Assembly (NCBI GenBank): GCA_963804165.1
Contig: CAWDPO010000024.1
Location: 1-64,000 of the forward strand
From: an uncultured delta proteobacterium
Lineage (GTDB): Bacteria > Desulfobacterota > Binatia > UBA9968
Direction: 5' to 3'
Length of the DNA stretch: 64,000 bases
Part shown: piece by piece, positions 29,530 to 40,038 of the stretch
Layout: each line of letters opens with the position of its first letter
Numbering within the stretch: position 1 is the first letter of the stretch
The notes under the pieces: model-generated
Database searches by the model: none
Seen by the model: only the letters and a program-made list of their open reading frames with translations
What the model was told of the DNA's origin: nothing
Position numbers and translations under genes: made by a program

Positions 29530-30942
29530 ATGGCCCACTATGACATTTTGGTGGTCGGTTCCGGTCCCGCCGGCCAGAAAGCCGCTATTCAAGCGGCCAA
29601 AATCGGCAAAAAGGTCGCCATCATCGAGCGCAAAAAAGTTGCCGGGGGCATTTGCATCAATATCGGCACCATCCCGAGCAAATCATTACGCGAAGCGGTG
29701 ATGTTTCTGTCCGGTTTCCGCCAGCGCAATCTCTACGGCGCCAGCTATCGGGTCAAAAAAGACATTACTTTCGAGGATCTCGCGCAGCGTTGCGATCATG
29801 TAGTCAAAGCCGAGCAGGAGATTATCCAAAACCAACTGATCAGAAACTGCGTTGATTTCATCGTCGGCACCGCCACGGTGATCGACCCGCATCGGATTGC
29901 GATCAAACAGGACTCCGAGTCCAATGAACACACTGCGGATTACATCGTGCTGGCCGTCGGCACCGAGGCCGCTCGCCCACCGGATATTCCATTTGACGGC
30001 GAAGCGATTATCGATAGCGACGGCTTGTTGTCCCTAAAACAACTGCCCAAATCCCTGACGATCGTCGGCGCCGGCGTGATCGGCTGCGAGTATGCTTGCA
30101 TCCTGGCCACCCTGGGGATTCCGGTCGTGCTGGTGGAACGGCGGCCCCGGCTGCTCGAATTTGTCGATAGTGAGATTATCGAATCGCTGCAATATCAGAT
30201 GCGTAATATCGGCATCACCCTCCGCCTCAACGAAGAGGTGGTCGGCGTCACCAAAGCGGCCGACAAATCCGTCGTGCTTCAACTCAAGAGCGGCAAGCAA
30301 ATCCGCGCTCCCCTGCTTGTGTATTCGGCGGGCCGTGTCGGCGCGACCAAGAACCTGGGACTCGAACGGATCGGCATTGAACCCGACGAGCGCGGCCGCT
30401 TGAAAGTGAACGAAAACTTTCAGACCGCAGTTCCGCACATTTATGCCGCCGGCGACGTCGTGGGATTTCCCGCGCTCGCTTCAACTTCGATGCAGCAAGG
30501 ACGTCACGCCGCCTGCCACGCTTTCGGATTGACCTGCGAGACATCCTCCCATCTGTTGCCCTACGGCATCTTTACGATCCCGGAAATTTCCATGGTCGGA
30601 CGTAACGAAGACGAGCTTACACGCGATGGGATTCCCTATGAGATCGGAGTCGCGCGCTACCGCGAAATTGCCCGCGGTCAGATCATTGGCGACACGGTCG
30701 GTATGTTGAAACTGCTCTTTCACAGCGAGAGCAGGGACCTTTTGGGCGTCCACGTGATCGGCGAAGGCGCCACCGAACTGGTGCATATCGGCCAGGCCGT
30801 CATCGCCCACGGCGGCAAACTGGATTATTTTGTCGACGCGGTTTTCAATTATCCGACGCTCGCGGAGTGTTATAAGGTCGCGGCCCTCGCGGCTCTGAAC
30901 AAATTTTCCAGCAACGGCGCCCCCATGTGCGAAGTCCAATAA
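29530..30942 (+). CDS. sthA: Si-specific soluble NAD(P)+ transhydrogenase
   Basis: GSGPAGQKAA, GTIPSKSLREA, GFPALASTSMQQGR, FNYPTLAECYKVAA. Confidence 0.93.
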   Translation: MAHYDILVVGSGPAGQKAAIQAAKIGKKVAIIERKKVAGGICINIGTIPSKSLREAVMFLSGFRQRNLYGASYRVKKDITFEDLAQRCDHVVKAEQEIIQNQLIRNCVDFIVGTATVIDPHRIAIKQDSESNEHTADYIVLAVGTEAARPPDIPFDGEAIIDSDGLLSLKQLPKSLTIVGAGVIGCEYACILATLGIPVVLVERRPRLLEFVDSEIIESLQYQMRNIGITLRLNEEVVGVTKAADKSVVLQLKSGKQIRAPLLVYSAGRVGATKNLGLERIGIEPDERGRLKVNENFQTAVPHIYAAGDVVGFPALASTSMQQGRHAACHAFGLTCETSSHLLPYGIFTIPEISMVGRNEDELTRDGIPYEIGVARYREIARGQIIGDTVGMLKLLFHSESRDLLGVHVIGEGATELVHIGQAVIAHGGKLDYFVDAVFNYPTLAECYKVAALAALNKFSSNGAPMCEVQ

Positions 30943-31167
30943 CTATCGTCCTATCCCAAAAATTGGCAATAAGAATCAGTCATCATTTCGGACAGCCTGG
31001 CGACATCTCGCCGTCGCGACCAAGCACGACCCAAAATCCAGGGATGAAAAACTCCCGGCTGCCGATTGTCACCGCTGTGAGATAGCCCGCGAATGGCTTT
31101 TTCAATCAACTGCTGGCTCGCCACCAGCGCGCGTGGATGAAATTTGGCTGCAGTACTCGCCAGGTTC

Positions 31168-31565
31168 TCACCCCGAAGTTGAGATCTTGTCCGGACGAAT
31201 TTTGTAAATCACGCTCACTTCGCCGGGGCTTCGAAAGGGATAGCGCTCTTTGCCCAGATACTTCTTGGCCAGCGCATCGATGTGAGCATCCGCGCCCTCT
31301 TCCGTGATCTCAACCACATCGCCGCGAACCTCCAGATAGCGATAAGGATTGTCCGGGTCCTGGATCGAAAGCGCGACCCGCTTGTTACGCCGCATGTTCT
31401 TGTCTTTCACACGTCCCTTGGCGGAATTGACTCGAACATAAGTGCCGTCGTAGTCGACCCATACCGGTGTGACCTGGGGCTTCCGTCCTGCATGGCCGTG
31501 GCCAGGTGAGCAAAAGCCACTTTGGTAAAAAGATCCTTGAACTGCTCGGGAATCGTCGCCGCCAT
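31168..31565 (-). CDS. PPOX-class probable F420-dependent oxidoreductase; frameshift in a C-run near 31477
   Basis: MAATIPEQFKDLFTKVAFAHLATAMQDGSP joins QVTPVWVD..KDKNMRRN..DPDNPYRYLEVRG; AGGAGG RBS. Confidence 0.85.
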
Positions 31566-31598
31566 GATTCACCTCCTGCGTCACAAGATAGGAATGGT

Positions 31599-32246
31599 TC
31601 AACAGAAATAGTCGGATAGCTGCGCCGGATGATCGATTATAACATCCGGTTGCGCAGCGATTAAATCACCCTTGTTGCCGAGACCATAAGTTACTCCGCA
31701 GGTCATCACTCCCGCGCGCTTTCCCGCTTCGATGTCTATGTCGCCGTCGCCGATCATGACTGCGCTGCGGGCCGGCACGTGAAATCGTTTCAAGGCGGCA
31801 TTCAATAGTGCCGGATGCGGTTTTTTTTCGGCCGCGCTGTCGCCGCCGAAGATCGCATCGAAGCAATCTTCCACTCCCAATCCGCGCACTACGGCGAGCG
31901 TGAGTCGGTACATTTTGTTGCTCACCACGACGCGCTGCTTGCCGCTGAAATAGTCAAGCACGTCGCGAATCCCCGGATACAGCACGGTTTGGTCGAGCAA
32001 GTGCCGTTCGTAATGGTTGAGAAAGACGCGCATGATTTCGTGAAAATGATCAGGGGCTGCCTCAGGCAAAGCCTGCTTGAGCAAATGCTCCACGCCGCGG
32101 CCAACATGAACATAAACGGACGTCTCTGGCAACGGCGCTAAATTGAAATGCGCTCGGGTAAAATTCACCGAACCGGCAAGATCATGTCCCGTGTCTGCGA
32201 GCGTTCCGTCGAGGTCAAACATCACCAGATCCATCGGTATTTTCAT
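31599..32246 (-). CDS. HAD hydrolase, phosphoglycolate phosphatase-like
   Basis: FDLDGTLADT, VVSNK, KKPHP, MIGDGDIDIEAG. Confidence 0.9.
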   Translation of the reverse strand: MKIPMDLVMFDLDGTLADTGHDLAGSVNFTRAHFNLAPLPETSVYVHVGRGVEHLLKQALPEAAPDHFHEIMRVFLNHYERHLLDQTVLYPGIRDVLDYFSGKQRVVVSNKMYRLTLAVVRGLGVEDCFDAIFGGDSAAEKKPHPALLNAALKRFHVPARSAVMIGDGDIDIEAGKRAGVMTCGVTYGLGNKGDLIAAQPDVIIDHPAQLSDYFC

Positions 32247-32371
32247 TGGACTTGATTGAAATTGAAAAAGTCAGGGAAGTCAACGCAAATACACGCGTTT
32301 TGCTCTTCGCGTGCGAGATGATGTAGTTTAGCGCCAGCGAAGCTCATGAGGGTCTTCATTGGAGGTTCGAC

Positions 32372-33370
32372 GTGAAATTCAAACCGGTTGATATTTTTGG
32401 CGCTGTTTTCATCGCCGCTCTTTGCTTACAGCCACATTTGTCGATGGCGGTCGATAAACTCAATACAGCATACATTTCGACCACTCCGGGTTCGTCTTCC
32501 GTTATCTGGGTGGCCAAAGACGCAAAAATCTTCGATAAGCACGGCATCGACGCCACGGTCATCTTCATCTCCGGCAGCGTGCGCGGTATCCAATCGATAC
32601 TCGCCGGTGAGATTCTGATCGGCGAAGGCGGCGGGCCGGGACTGGCCAGCGCCCGCCTCGCCGGCGGCGATATCGTCGCCATTGCCGGCAACGTCAACGT
32701 GTTGCCTTACTACCTCGTGGCGCAACCGAGCATCAGACGAGCTGAAGACTTAAAAGGTAAGATCGGCGGCAGCCACATCGCCGGCACGACGGCGGAATTC
32801 GCGATGAAAGTCGGTCTGAAAAAAATCGGCATCGACCCGCTCAAGGATGTCAATCTACGCGTCATCGGCGGCGCCATCGAGCGCATGGTAGCTTTGCAGA
32901 AAGGCATCGTCAATTTTACGGTCGTCACCGAGGCAGGCAAAGCGATCGCGGAAAAGCTCGGCTATCCCACCGTCGTCGATATGGTAGCGTTGCAGATCCC
33001 ATTTCCTCAGAACGGCATTTATACTTCGACAAAGCTGCTCCGTGACAACCCGGATTTTATCCGCCGCTATTTGCGCGCGTACACGGAAGCCATTCATTAC
33101 TACAAGACCCACAAAGAGGACACGCTTAAAATTATGCGCAAGTACTCGCGTGTCGATGATCGAAAGATCCTCGAAGAAGCGTGGGATTGGCACGCCAAGT
33201 TTATGCCCGAAGCGCCGTATCCACCGGCCGACGGCTATCAGCTCGTTCTACAGGATATAGCGGAAAAAAATCCCAAAGCCGCCCAGGCCAATGTCAAAGA
33301 CTACATCGACACGCGCTTTGTCAAGGAAATGGAAGACTCTGGGTTTATTAAGGGATTGTACCGAAAGTGA
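32372..33370 (+). CDS. ABC substrate-binding protein, NMT1/THI5-like
   Basis: Signal peptide; IWVAKDAKIFDKHGID, EDLKGKIG. Confidence 0.85.
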   Translation: MKFKPVDIFGAVFIAALCLQPHLSMAVDKLNTAYISTTPGSSSVIWVAKDAKIFDKHGIDATVIFISGSVRGIQSILAGEILIGEGGGPGLASARLAGGDIVAIAGNVNVLPYYLVAQPSIRRAEDLKGKIGGSHIAGTTAEFAMKVGLKKIGIDPLKDVNLRVIGGAIERMVALQKGIVNFTVVTEAGKAIAEKLGYPTVVDMVALQIPFPQNGIYTSTKLLRDNPDFIRRYLRAYTEAIHYYKTHKEDTLKIMRKYSRVDDRKILEEAWDWHAKFMPEAPYPPADGYQLVLQDIAEKNPKAAQANVKDYIDTRFVKEMEDSGFIKGLYRK

Positions 33371-33398
33371 CACGACTGCGATTGGATTTCGTGCAAAA

Positions 33399-33459
33399 GT
33401 TCAAGTTTCAACGTTCAAGGAGTCCGATCCGGTTGAACTTTGAACTTTGAACTTTGAAC
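33399..33459. repeat. Inverted GTTCAA/TTGAAC mini-repeat cluster between convergent genes
   Basis: GTTCAAGTTTCAACGTTCAA ... TTGAACTTTGAACTTTGAACTTTGAAC; can fold as a hairpin. Confidence 0.75.
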
Positions 33460-33464
33460 CGTGC

Positions 33465-33920
33465 TCAAAGCTTCGCTCGCGAAGCTTTGAGCGCTTCATG
33501 CATCGGCTCGATATCGATGACCAGTGAGGATAATTGCAGCTTTTCATCGCGCAAGGTTTCCGGCACCTCCGTCATCACTTCCTCTTCGAGCACATGATAT
33601 ACGGGGATTTTGAGCGCGACCCCGGCAAGCGGGCCGGCATAGCTCGGATCGCCTGCGGTGACCGTTTCCGCGAACACTTCCACACCATTGGCTTCCCCGT
33701 TGCCCAACACTACCGTCAAATTTTCCGGACCATACTGGTCCGCCAGGCGCTTGATGACCCCTTGGTTCTCAAAGTTCATCGCGCCCGCGGCGGTTCAAAC
33801 AAAGCACTCCGTGGCTTGGAAGACCACCTCGTAGCCCGCGCCTTCCAAGCATTCGGCGATCACCGGACCGGGAACGCCGTCCCGTTCACCGATGGCGATG
33901 ATTTTTTTTCCTTTGAGCAT
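33465..33920 (-). CDS. grdA: Glycine/sarcosine/betaine reductase selenoprotein A (Sec at TGA 33795-33797), 151 aa
   Basis: [57 protein letters not shown] in one frame; CxxU motif; GGAGG RBS. Confidence 0.93.
33742..33797 (-). promoter_or_regulatory. Putative bacterial SECIS hairpin immediately 3' of the UGA
   Basis: Pairings CCGC/GCGG, CGGGCGC/GCGCCTG, GATGA/TCATC and CTTTG/CAAGG around an AGAAC loop. Confidence 0.6.
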
Positions 33921-33930
33921 TGGACCTCCA

Positions 33931-35364
33931 CTAAACTTTGTTGCGATCGACCAAGAACGAGCAGCCGTCCGAAATTGCGTCATCCGGCCGAGAAACAGAC
34001 TTCCCTTAGCGATCAAAAATGAATTGCGAATCTCGCCTTTCTGCAACGCCTCCACGGCATGTCCCAGGTAAACGATTGCTGAAGGAATATGCCCCTGTGT
34101 CGGCGCATAGCCTAGCATGCCGCGCTGCACGGACAAAATCCTCCATTTGGTTCTTTTGAATCTGCCCGCGCATCACGGCGAGTGCAGCCAAAGTCAAATA
34201 ATTGGTTCGGGGCACATCGCCGCTTCCCGACGGTACGGTGATCTCCGGATTGTGGAGTTCGACGGCGTAGCGGTCGACGTCGGTCAGTGTCATGCCGAGC
34301 TTGGCGAGCGGCTTTTCCGCGAGATATTCGGCCATCGCTTGCGGCGACGATCCGGCGCCGACCGGATGAAAGGCGGCGGAATCGAGCCGCAGGCAAACTT
34401 GCTCCGGTTTTGGCGGGCCCAATATCACGGCGAAACTACCGAGCACGTCTTCGAGCACCGGCATATTTTTTTTCAGATGGGATTCGAATTTCATGCCGAG
34501 CTTGGCGAGCGATCCGCCGGCGACCACGGCGACCCTCTTGGCGAGACCGGACTGAACCATACTAGCGCCGAGCACCATCGCGTACATCGGCCCGGCGCAA
34601 AACGCCTTCGTGTCGCAACCCGACGCGTTGACGCAACCGACGTCTTCGGCAATCGCTTTTGCCAAATTGCCGCCGCCGCGATTGTACCTATCGCCCACGG
34701 CCTCTTCCGAACAACTGATGACAAAATCGATGTCGTCGGGCTGGATCTCGAGCTGCTTAATCACCGTTCGCAGCGAATGCGCGGCACTGACCTTACCGGC
34801 GAGATTTTCCAGCAACACTTCGGCGGCAAGACTGGCATCCTCTTCATGCGCGGCCTCGAACGCGCCGATTACCCGTTCGCCGTCACGCAGCAGCAGCGCG
34901 CCCTTATCGCGGAGCGCTTGAATCTCGCCGAGTGACCGCAATCGAGGCGCACGGCCGATCAAATGCCGCGCTGCATGCTCTCGAAACCAACCCGCTTCAA
35001 AGGAAACCAGATCAAATTGATCCGCGCCGGCGAGTAAGCCGTAAAACTTCGATTGAGCGACCAGATCGCCGAAACGGCCTTCCGACGACGCGCCTTCGAT
35101 CAATCTCTCGTACCAAGGCTTTGGCAGATCTCTGAGCTGTTCCGGCGCGATGTTGCCGATGTAAACCTGATGCGGCGCATAAGCCGTCGCCGCGGCAAAA
35201 TCGCGCTGCTGCTTTACCAGCTGCTCAAGGAGCGCGGGATTAGCGCGAATCTCACGCAACGGCTTGGAACCGTAGCGCACCAAATCCGGCACGTGGGTCA
35301 GCGAATAAGAAACACCTTCGATCCCAACGCGCACGGGTTTGATGCCTTCTTTGAGTTCACTCAC
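33931..35364 (-). CDS. grdC: Glycine/sarcosine/betaine reductase component C subunit beta; two frameshifts near 34127 and 33973
   Basis: [75 protein letters not shown]. Confidence 0.88.
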
Positions 35365-35387
35365 GCCTATCGCCTCGTGCCTCCCGC

Positions 35388-35948
35388 CTATTTTTTTCCG
35401 GTAAACGCATGATGCTTCAAAAAGGTCTCGGCGTCGCCGGCGCCGAAGAACACCAGCCGGACTTCTTTGAGCGTTTGATCGAACCGCAAGAATTGTTCGA
35501 TCGTTGTCGACGACACGATCGCCGCTTCGTTGGTCGGATAACCGTAAACACCCGTCGAGATCGCGGGAAACGCTATGAAGTGAACGCCGCTTTGAACCGC
35601 AAGACTGAGCGAGTTGGCATAGCATGCCGCCAGTAAATCGGCTTTGTCCTGCCCGCCCCGGCCGTACACGGGACCGACCGTATGGATCACATGTTTCGCC
35701 GCCATCCTTCCGGCGGTTGTGATGACGGCTCGGCCCGTCGGCAGACCGTCAGGAAATTGCTCGCGGCGAATTTCTTTGCACGCAGCCAAGATCGCCGGCC
35801 CGCCGGCGAGATGAATCGCCCCGTCGACTCCGCCTCCGCCCATCAGCGTGCCGTTGGCCGCATTGACGACGGCATCGACAGCTTCTCTGGTGATATCACC
35901 CACTTTGACGATTACTCGGCCATCGAGAAATGTTCCAAGAGTATTCAT
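35388..35948 (-). CDS. Macro-domain O-acetyl-ADP-ribose deacetylase (YmdB-like)
   Basis: GDIT..DAVVNAAN..LMGGGGVDGAIH, VIHTVGP, AFPAISTGVYGYP. Confidence 0.92.
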   Translation of the reverse strand: MNTLGTFLDGRVIVKVGDITREAVDAVVNAANGTLMGGGGVDGAIHLAGGPAILAACKEIRREQFPDGLPTGRAVITTAGRMAAKHVIHTVGPVYGRGGQDKADLLAACYANSLSLAVQSGVHFIAFPAISTGVYGYPTNEAAIVSSTTIEQFLRFDQTLKEVRLVFFGAGDAETFLKHHAFTGKK

Positions 35949-36083
35949 AATTCAGCAAAAATCATGGTCCAACCAATCCGAACGAAACGCGACACCCGTG
36001 GACTCAACGGATCGAAGTTTCCTTCAATCCCCTGAGAATAGGCGAAGTCAAATTGGTTCGGTGAGATTCTCGCGACAAATCGC

Positions 36084-36818
36084 TCAACCCAGCGGCGCAA
36101 GCCGTTCTAACACCGGCTTCAGCTCATGGTAGTCGCGAATGACGGCTCGTGGTCGGGCCGCTGTCAATGTCTCCTCGTCGTTGTACGAGTGCTCGGTCGC
36201 GAGTGCGATCGGAACCACTTCGAGATTGCTATCGCCTACTTTGCAACCATCGGCGTTGTTGCCGGCGCGAATATAGGTGGCCGTCCCCGTAAGCAGAATA
36301 ATCCGCATGTGCTTCGCCTTGTGCTTGCGGTAAAGATAATAAAGGCCCTGTTCCTTGGCGTAGTACGTCTCGTCGCGATCGACGATCTCCTCGAAATAAC
36401 CGCCCATGCCGGCTTTTTCCATCGCCTGGTGTTTGTAGCGCCGGCCGCCGGTAGTCATCAAAACATTTCGCAGGCCGGCTTCCTTCGTCTCCTTGAGCGA
36501 GGTTTCTATGCCCGGAATAAATTCCGGCGGGTCGACGTCGTATCCGCGATTTTGGGCGATCGCGAGCGCTTGCCTGCGGATCTCGACGCGTTTGGCCTCG
36601 TTGAACGGTAGATTGCGATCCTTCTCGTATTCTTTAGCGAAGATCAGCGGGATCAGGAACAAGTCGAAGGGCCCGTCGGCGATTTTTCTCAACTGCTCGA
36701 AAGCAAGCGGCGCGATACCGTAGCGGGGCAAGATCTCGTTGGCGATGATATGGACGCGCTGGATATCGGTCTCCACCGTGTCGGACATCGTGCGCACCAG
36801 AAAGGTTTCGGCTGTCAT
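36084..36818 (-). CDS. Divergent HAD-like hydrolase
   Basis: HAD-like core (PGIETSLKE..AGLRNVLMT..YFEEIV), but the DxD motif I is not recognisable. Confidence 0.5.
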   Translation of the reverse strand: MTAETFLVRTMSDTVETDIQRVHIIANEILPRYGIAPLAFEQLRKIADGPFDLFLIPLIFAKEYEKDRNLPFNEAKRVEIRRQALAIAQNRGYDVDPPEFIPGIETSLKETKEAGLRNVLMTTGGRRYKHQAMEKAGMGGYFEEIVDRDETYYAKEQGLYYLYRKHKAKHMRIILLTGTATYIRAGNNADGCKVGDSNLEVVPIALATEHSYNDEETLTAARPRAVIRDYHELKPVLERLAPLG

Positions 36819-36878
36819 CGTTTTTGCCCTCCGACGAGAGGATACTATTGAACACTGCGACCTGCCGCAAGGGGAATG

Positions 36879-37160
36879 TTATTCGCGGCCGTTTTCAAAG
36901 GGCAGACCATGCTTGCGCTCGGAATTGCACTGCTTGCAGCTCGCCACCAGGTTCCCCTTGGTCGATTTACCGCCGCGGATAATCGGCACCAAATGATCCA
37001 TCGTCAGATCCTTCGGCAGAGATTTGCCGCCGCAGTGATGGCAAATGCCGGTGGCGCGCTTGCGCTTCCACCATTGGCTCGCGCGCAGTTCGCGCGCCTT
37101 CTGGCGCTCGCGGCGGATCTGCTCTTCCGAAACTTCGACCAAGAACGGCACTGAGTCCAC
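36879..37160 (-). CDS. Small HNH endonuclease
   Basis: ARELRASQWWK..CHHC..LTMDHLVP..GGKSTKGNLV.SCKQCN..K. Confidence 0.88.
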   Translation of the reverse strand: MDSVPFLVEVSEEQIRRERQKARELRASQWWKRKRATGICHHCGGKSLPKDLTMDHLVPIIRGGKSTKGNLVASCKQCNSERKHGLPFENGRE

Positions 37161-37168
37161 GGCAGTGC

Positions 37169-37369
37169 TCACTTCAATTTGTACAGGCGCGGCAAATTCT
37201 TGAGGTAAATGCCGAATCCGAGAGCGACAAAGAGATACAAGACGCAGCGCGCGATAGCCCAAGTATCGTCGCTAGCGGAATAATTCCGATACTCCCACAG
37301 AGCGAAGAAGAAAAAGAAGACCGTCGCGCTGCCGATGAGTATCTTGTGAGCCGTGATCAGTTTCATCAC
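37169..37369 (-). CDS. Small two-TM membrane protein, hypothetical
   Basis: Two hydrophobic segments; fits between neighbours in operon orientation. Confidence 0.6.
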   Translation of the reverse strand: MMKLITAHKILIGSATVFFFFFALWEYRNYSASDDTWAIARCVLYLFVALGFGIYLKNLPRLYKLK

Positions 37370-37490
37370 TCTTATGATCTAATCAAGCATATCAGCCGCG
37401 CCGAGCGCAAGCACAAGCGCGGCCGCTTCGTTGCGCTTGGTAAAAATCTTGATATAGATTTTCCCAACAGATCCCAAGGAGAACCTCACG

Positions 37491-37871
37491 ATGAACAAAG
37501 AAGTCATCAGCACCGCTAACGCCCCGAAGGCCATCGGCCCCTATGAACAAGCGATCAGGGTCGGTGAGTTTATTTATGCCTCCGGCCAGATCCCGCTCGA
37601 TCCAAGGACCGGCAACGTCGTCGAAGGCGGCGTCAGCATTCAAACCCGCCGGGTCATGGAAAATCTTAAAGCCGTCGTCGAAGCCGCCGGATCGTCGCTC
37701 GAACGCGTCGTCAAGGCCACGGTGTTTTTAAAAGACATCGGCGATTTTGCGGCGATGAACGAGGTTTACGGAGAATATCTGGGTAAGTCGAAACCCGCTC
37801 GCTCCACGGTCGCCGTGGCCGATCTACCGCGCGGCGCCTTGATCGAGATCGATCTGATCGCGCTAGTCTAA
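37491..37871 (+). CDS. ridA: RidA family reactive enamine deaminase
   Basis: [34 protein letters not shown]. Confidence 0.93.
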   Translation: MNKEVISTANAPKAIGPYEQAIRVGEFIYASGQIPLDPRTGNVVEGGVSIQTRRVMENLKAVVEAAGSSLERVVKATVFLKDIGDFAAMNEVYGEYLGKSKPARSTVAVADLPRGALIEIDLIALV

Positions 37872-37885
37872 AATTGCCGCGCCGA

Positions 37886-38455
37886 TCAAATCCCGAGAAT
37901 CATTCGTGCCAAGCTCTGCAACACGAGCTTCGCCGCTCCGCCAAGGCTCTTGCCGACGAGATCGTCGCCTCCCTCTTCGCCGCGCGGATAGGCATAAATC
38001 CCCTTCGTGCCGGTAACCACCCAGGATTTCGGATTCGCGTAGACTTCCGGCAGCTTCGCGGCGACGGTTTCCATCGGCATTTTCTCAGCGCGCGTGCCCT
38101 TCTGAAAATCCTTGTAGCGATGGAACTGACCGCGGTTGAGCCAAATACCGTCGCAATGACGGCAGCGCTGTAGTTGAATCTCTTTCGGCAAAATTGGATC
38201 GGCAAAGACTCGCAGCTCGTCGGCACAGCGCGGGCAGTACAGAGTTTTTCGTTGAAGTGGCAATGCATCGCGCAAAAGCTTTTCATTCAACCGATCCAAC
38301 CGATCGGCTTCGTCGGGATCGATTGGAAAGAGCTCCCACTTATCGCACCAAATGCCACCGCATTTAGCGCACTGATCGAGTTGGATCAGCGATCCCGGAT
38401 TGGCCCGCGCCATCACCTCGGCCATCTCAAGATCGCATTGGGAACAACGCAGCAT
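37886..38455 (-). CDS. Tandem zf-TFIIB-like zinc-ribbon protein
   Basis: Two CxxC...CxxC.G.W repeats. Confidence 0.75.
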   Translation of the reverse strand: MLRCSQCDLEMAEVMARANPGSLIQLDQCAKCGGIWCDKWELFPIDPDEADRLDRLNEKLLRDALPLQRKTLYCPRCADELRVFADPILPKEIQLQRCRHCDGIWLNRGQFHRYKDFQKGTRAEKMPMETVAAKLPEVYANPKSWVVTGTKGIYAYPRGEEGGDDLVGKSLGGAAKLVLQSLARMILGI

Positions 38456-38469
38456 GGGTGAATTCTGCT

Positions 38470-39447
38470 CTATTGAACCATTTGGACTTTTGAACCTTGA
38501 ACCACGTGTTGGGTTATCCCGGCCATTCGGAACAGCAACCCAATGCGCCGGTTGATCGGCGGATGGCTCGAGAGCAGGTCCGCCAGTTTTCCCTCGTGAT
38601 CATCGACTCGCCGGCGCAATGGATTGACGAAAAACAGATGCGCCGTGCCGCGCGTTGCTTTGTGAAACGGCATTCCCGCGTCGCGGATTTTTTCCAACGC
38701 CTGCGCCAGGCCGCGCGGATTGCGCGTGTATTGCGCGGCGCCCGCGTCGGCCAGATACTCCCTCTGACGTGACACCGCCATCGCCAAAAGCCGCGCGATC
38801 AGCGGCGATAGAGCGATCAAGATCAATAGCGGGATAAACAACAGCGGATTCTTGCCGCCCAACCGTCGTCCTGACCGTGAGCTATAAAAACCCCGTTGCC
38901 CCCAGTCGGCGAGAATCGCGATACCGCCGAGGAGAATGCTCACGAGCGTCATCAACAAAATATCTTCGTTGCGAATATGCGAGATCTCGTGCGCCACCAC
39001 GCCTTGAGTTTCCTCGCGGTCCATCAACGTCAGCAGCCCCGTGGTCACGCAAATGGCCGCGTTTTTTTCATTGGTCCCGGTGGCAAAGGCGTTGGGCGCC
39101 GGATCAAAAATGACAAAGACCCGCGGCATCGGCAAACCGGAGGCTAAGGCCATTTCCGTCACGACATTGTGCAATTCGCGGTGCTCGGGAAGTTGGAGAT
39201 TGAGTTTCTCCGCGCCGAGAGATGAAAGAATGATATCGCTGCCGCCGTAGTACGCCGTGAGCGTCGTGAATGTGGCGAAACCGAGGGCGAAAATCGTCGC
39301 CACCGGAAACGCCGGCCCGACGGACGTGAAAGTATCCAGATAAATATAGTCAACAGCGCCGCCGATAAATAGAAAAAGCAGGATAAAAACGCCCACCAGT
39401 GCGGCGCTGCAGCGCTGGTTATGCGCTTGCCGTTCGACGAAGTCCAA
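38470..39447 (-). CDS. htpX: M48 zinc metalloprotease HtpX-like
   Basis: PNAFATG, GVVAHEISH, SRQREYLAD, SSHPP. Confidence 0.9.
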   Translation of the reverse strand: MDFVERQAHNQRCSAALVGVFILLFLFIGGAVDYIYLDTFTSVGPAFPVATIFALGFATFTTLTAYYGGSDIILSSLGAEKLNLQLPEHRELHNVVTEMALASGLPMPRVFVIFDPAPNAFATGTNEKNAAICVTTGLLTLMDREETQGVVAHEISHIRNEDILLMTLVSILLGGIAILADWGQRGFYSSRSGRRLGGKNPLLFIPLLILIALSPLIARLLAMAVSRQREYLADAGAAQYTRNPRGLAQALEKIRDAGMPFHKATRGTAHLFFVNPLRRRVDDHEGKLADLLSSHPPINRRIGLLFRMAGITQHVVQGSKVQMVQ

Positions 39448-39480
39448 GACTGGCGGGGTGTCCAGCGGCAGGCCCCTGGG

Positions 39481-40038
39481 CTAGCGTGTAAGCGACAGGT
39501 TCACGCGCGCCAGCGCCTTCTCCGCCTCGGCGACTTCGAAGAACTCGCTCGGATGGAAACCGAACAGACCGGCGATCATGTTCGACGGAAACACTTGCTG
39601 CTTGGTATTATACTGGGTCACCAGGTCATTGTAGTATTGGCGCGCGAACGCGATCTGGTTCTCCGTCGTCGTCAGCTCTTCTTGCAGGTCCAAAACGTTT
39701 TTGCTGGCCTTCAGCTCAGGGTAGTTTTCCATCAGCACAAAAACCTTGCCCAACGATTGCGTCAGAGCGTTTTGCGCTTCAGCGGTTTCTTTGACCCCCT
39801 TCGACGCCATCGCCTGGCTGCGCGCGTCGATCACTTTCTGCAACGTATCCTGCTCGTACTGCATGTAGCCCTTGACGGTCTCGACGACGTTGGGGATCAG
39901 ATCGTAGCGCCGCTTGAGCTGTACGTCGATTTGTCTCCAGGCGTTCTGAATCCGTAGCCGCAACGCGGTGAGACCGTTGTACGTGGAGATGACCCAGATC
40001 CCAAGTACAAAGATGATGGCCCAGATCACGAATATCAT
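39481..40038 (-). CDS. lemA: LemA family protein
   Basis: NAWRQIDVQLKRRYDLIPN, ENYPELKA, TENQIAFARQYYN. Confidence 0.93.
   Translation of the reverse strand: MIFVIWAIIFVLGIWVISTYNGLTALRLRIQNAWRQIDVQLKRRYDLIPNVVETVKGYMQYEQDTLQKVIDARSQAMASKGVKETAEAQNALTQSLGKVFVLMENYPELKASKNVLDLQEELTTTENQIAFARQYYNDLVTQYNTKQQVFPSNMIAGLFGFHPSEFFEVAEAEKALARVNLSLTR

Noticed and set aside
35388-37160. HNH plus macrodomain as an anti-phage defence system
   Set aside because: Both look like common stand-alone housekeeping types; no ADP-ribosyltransferase, sirtuin or island context is present.
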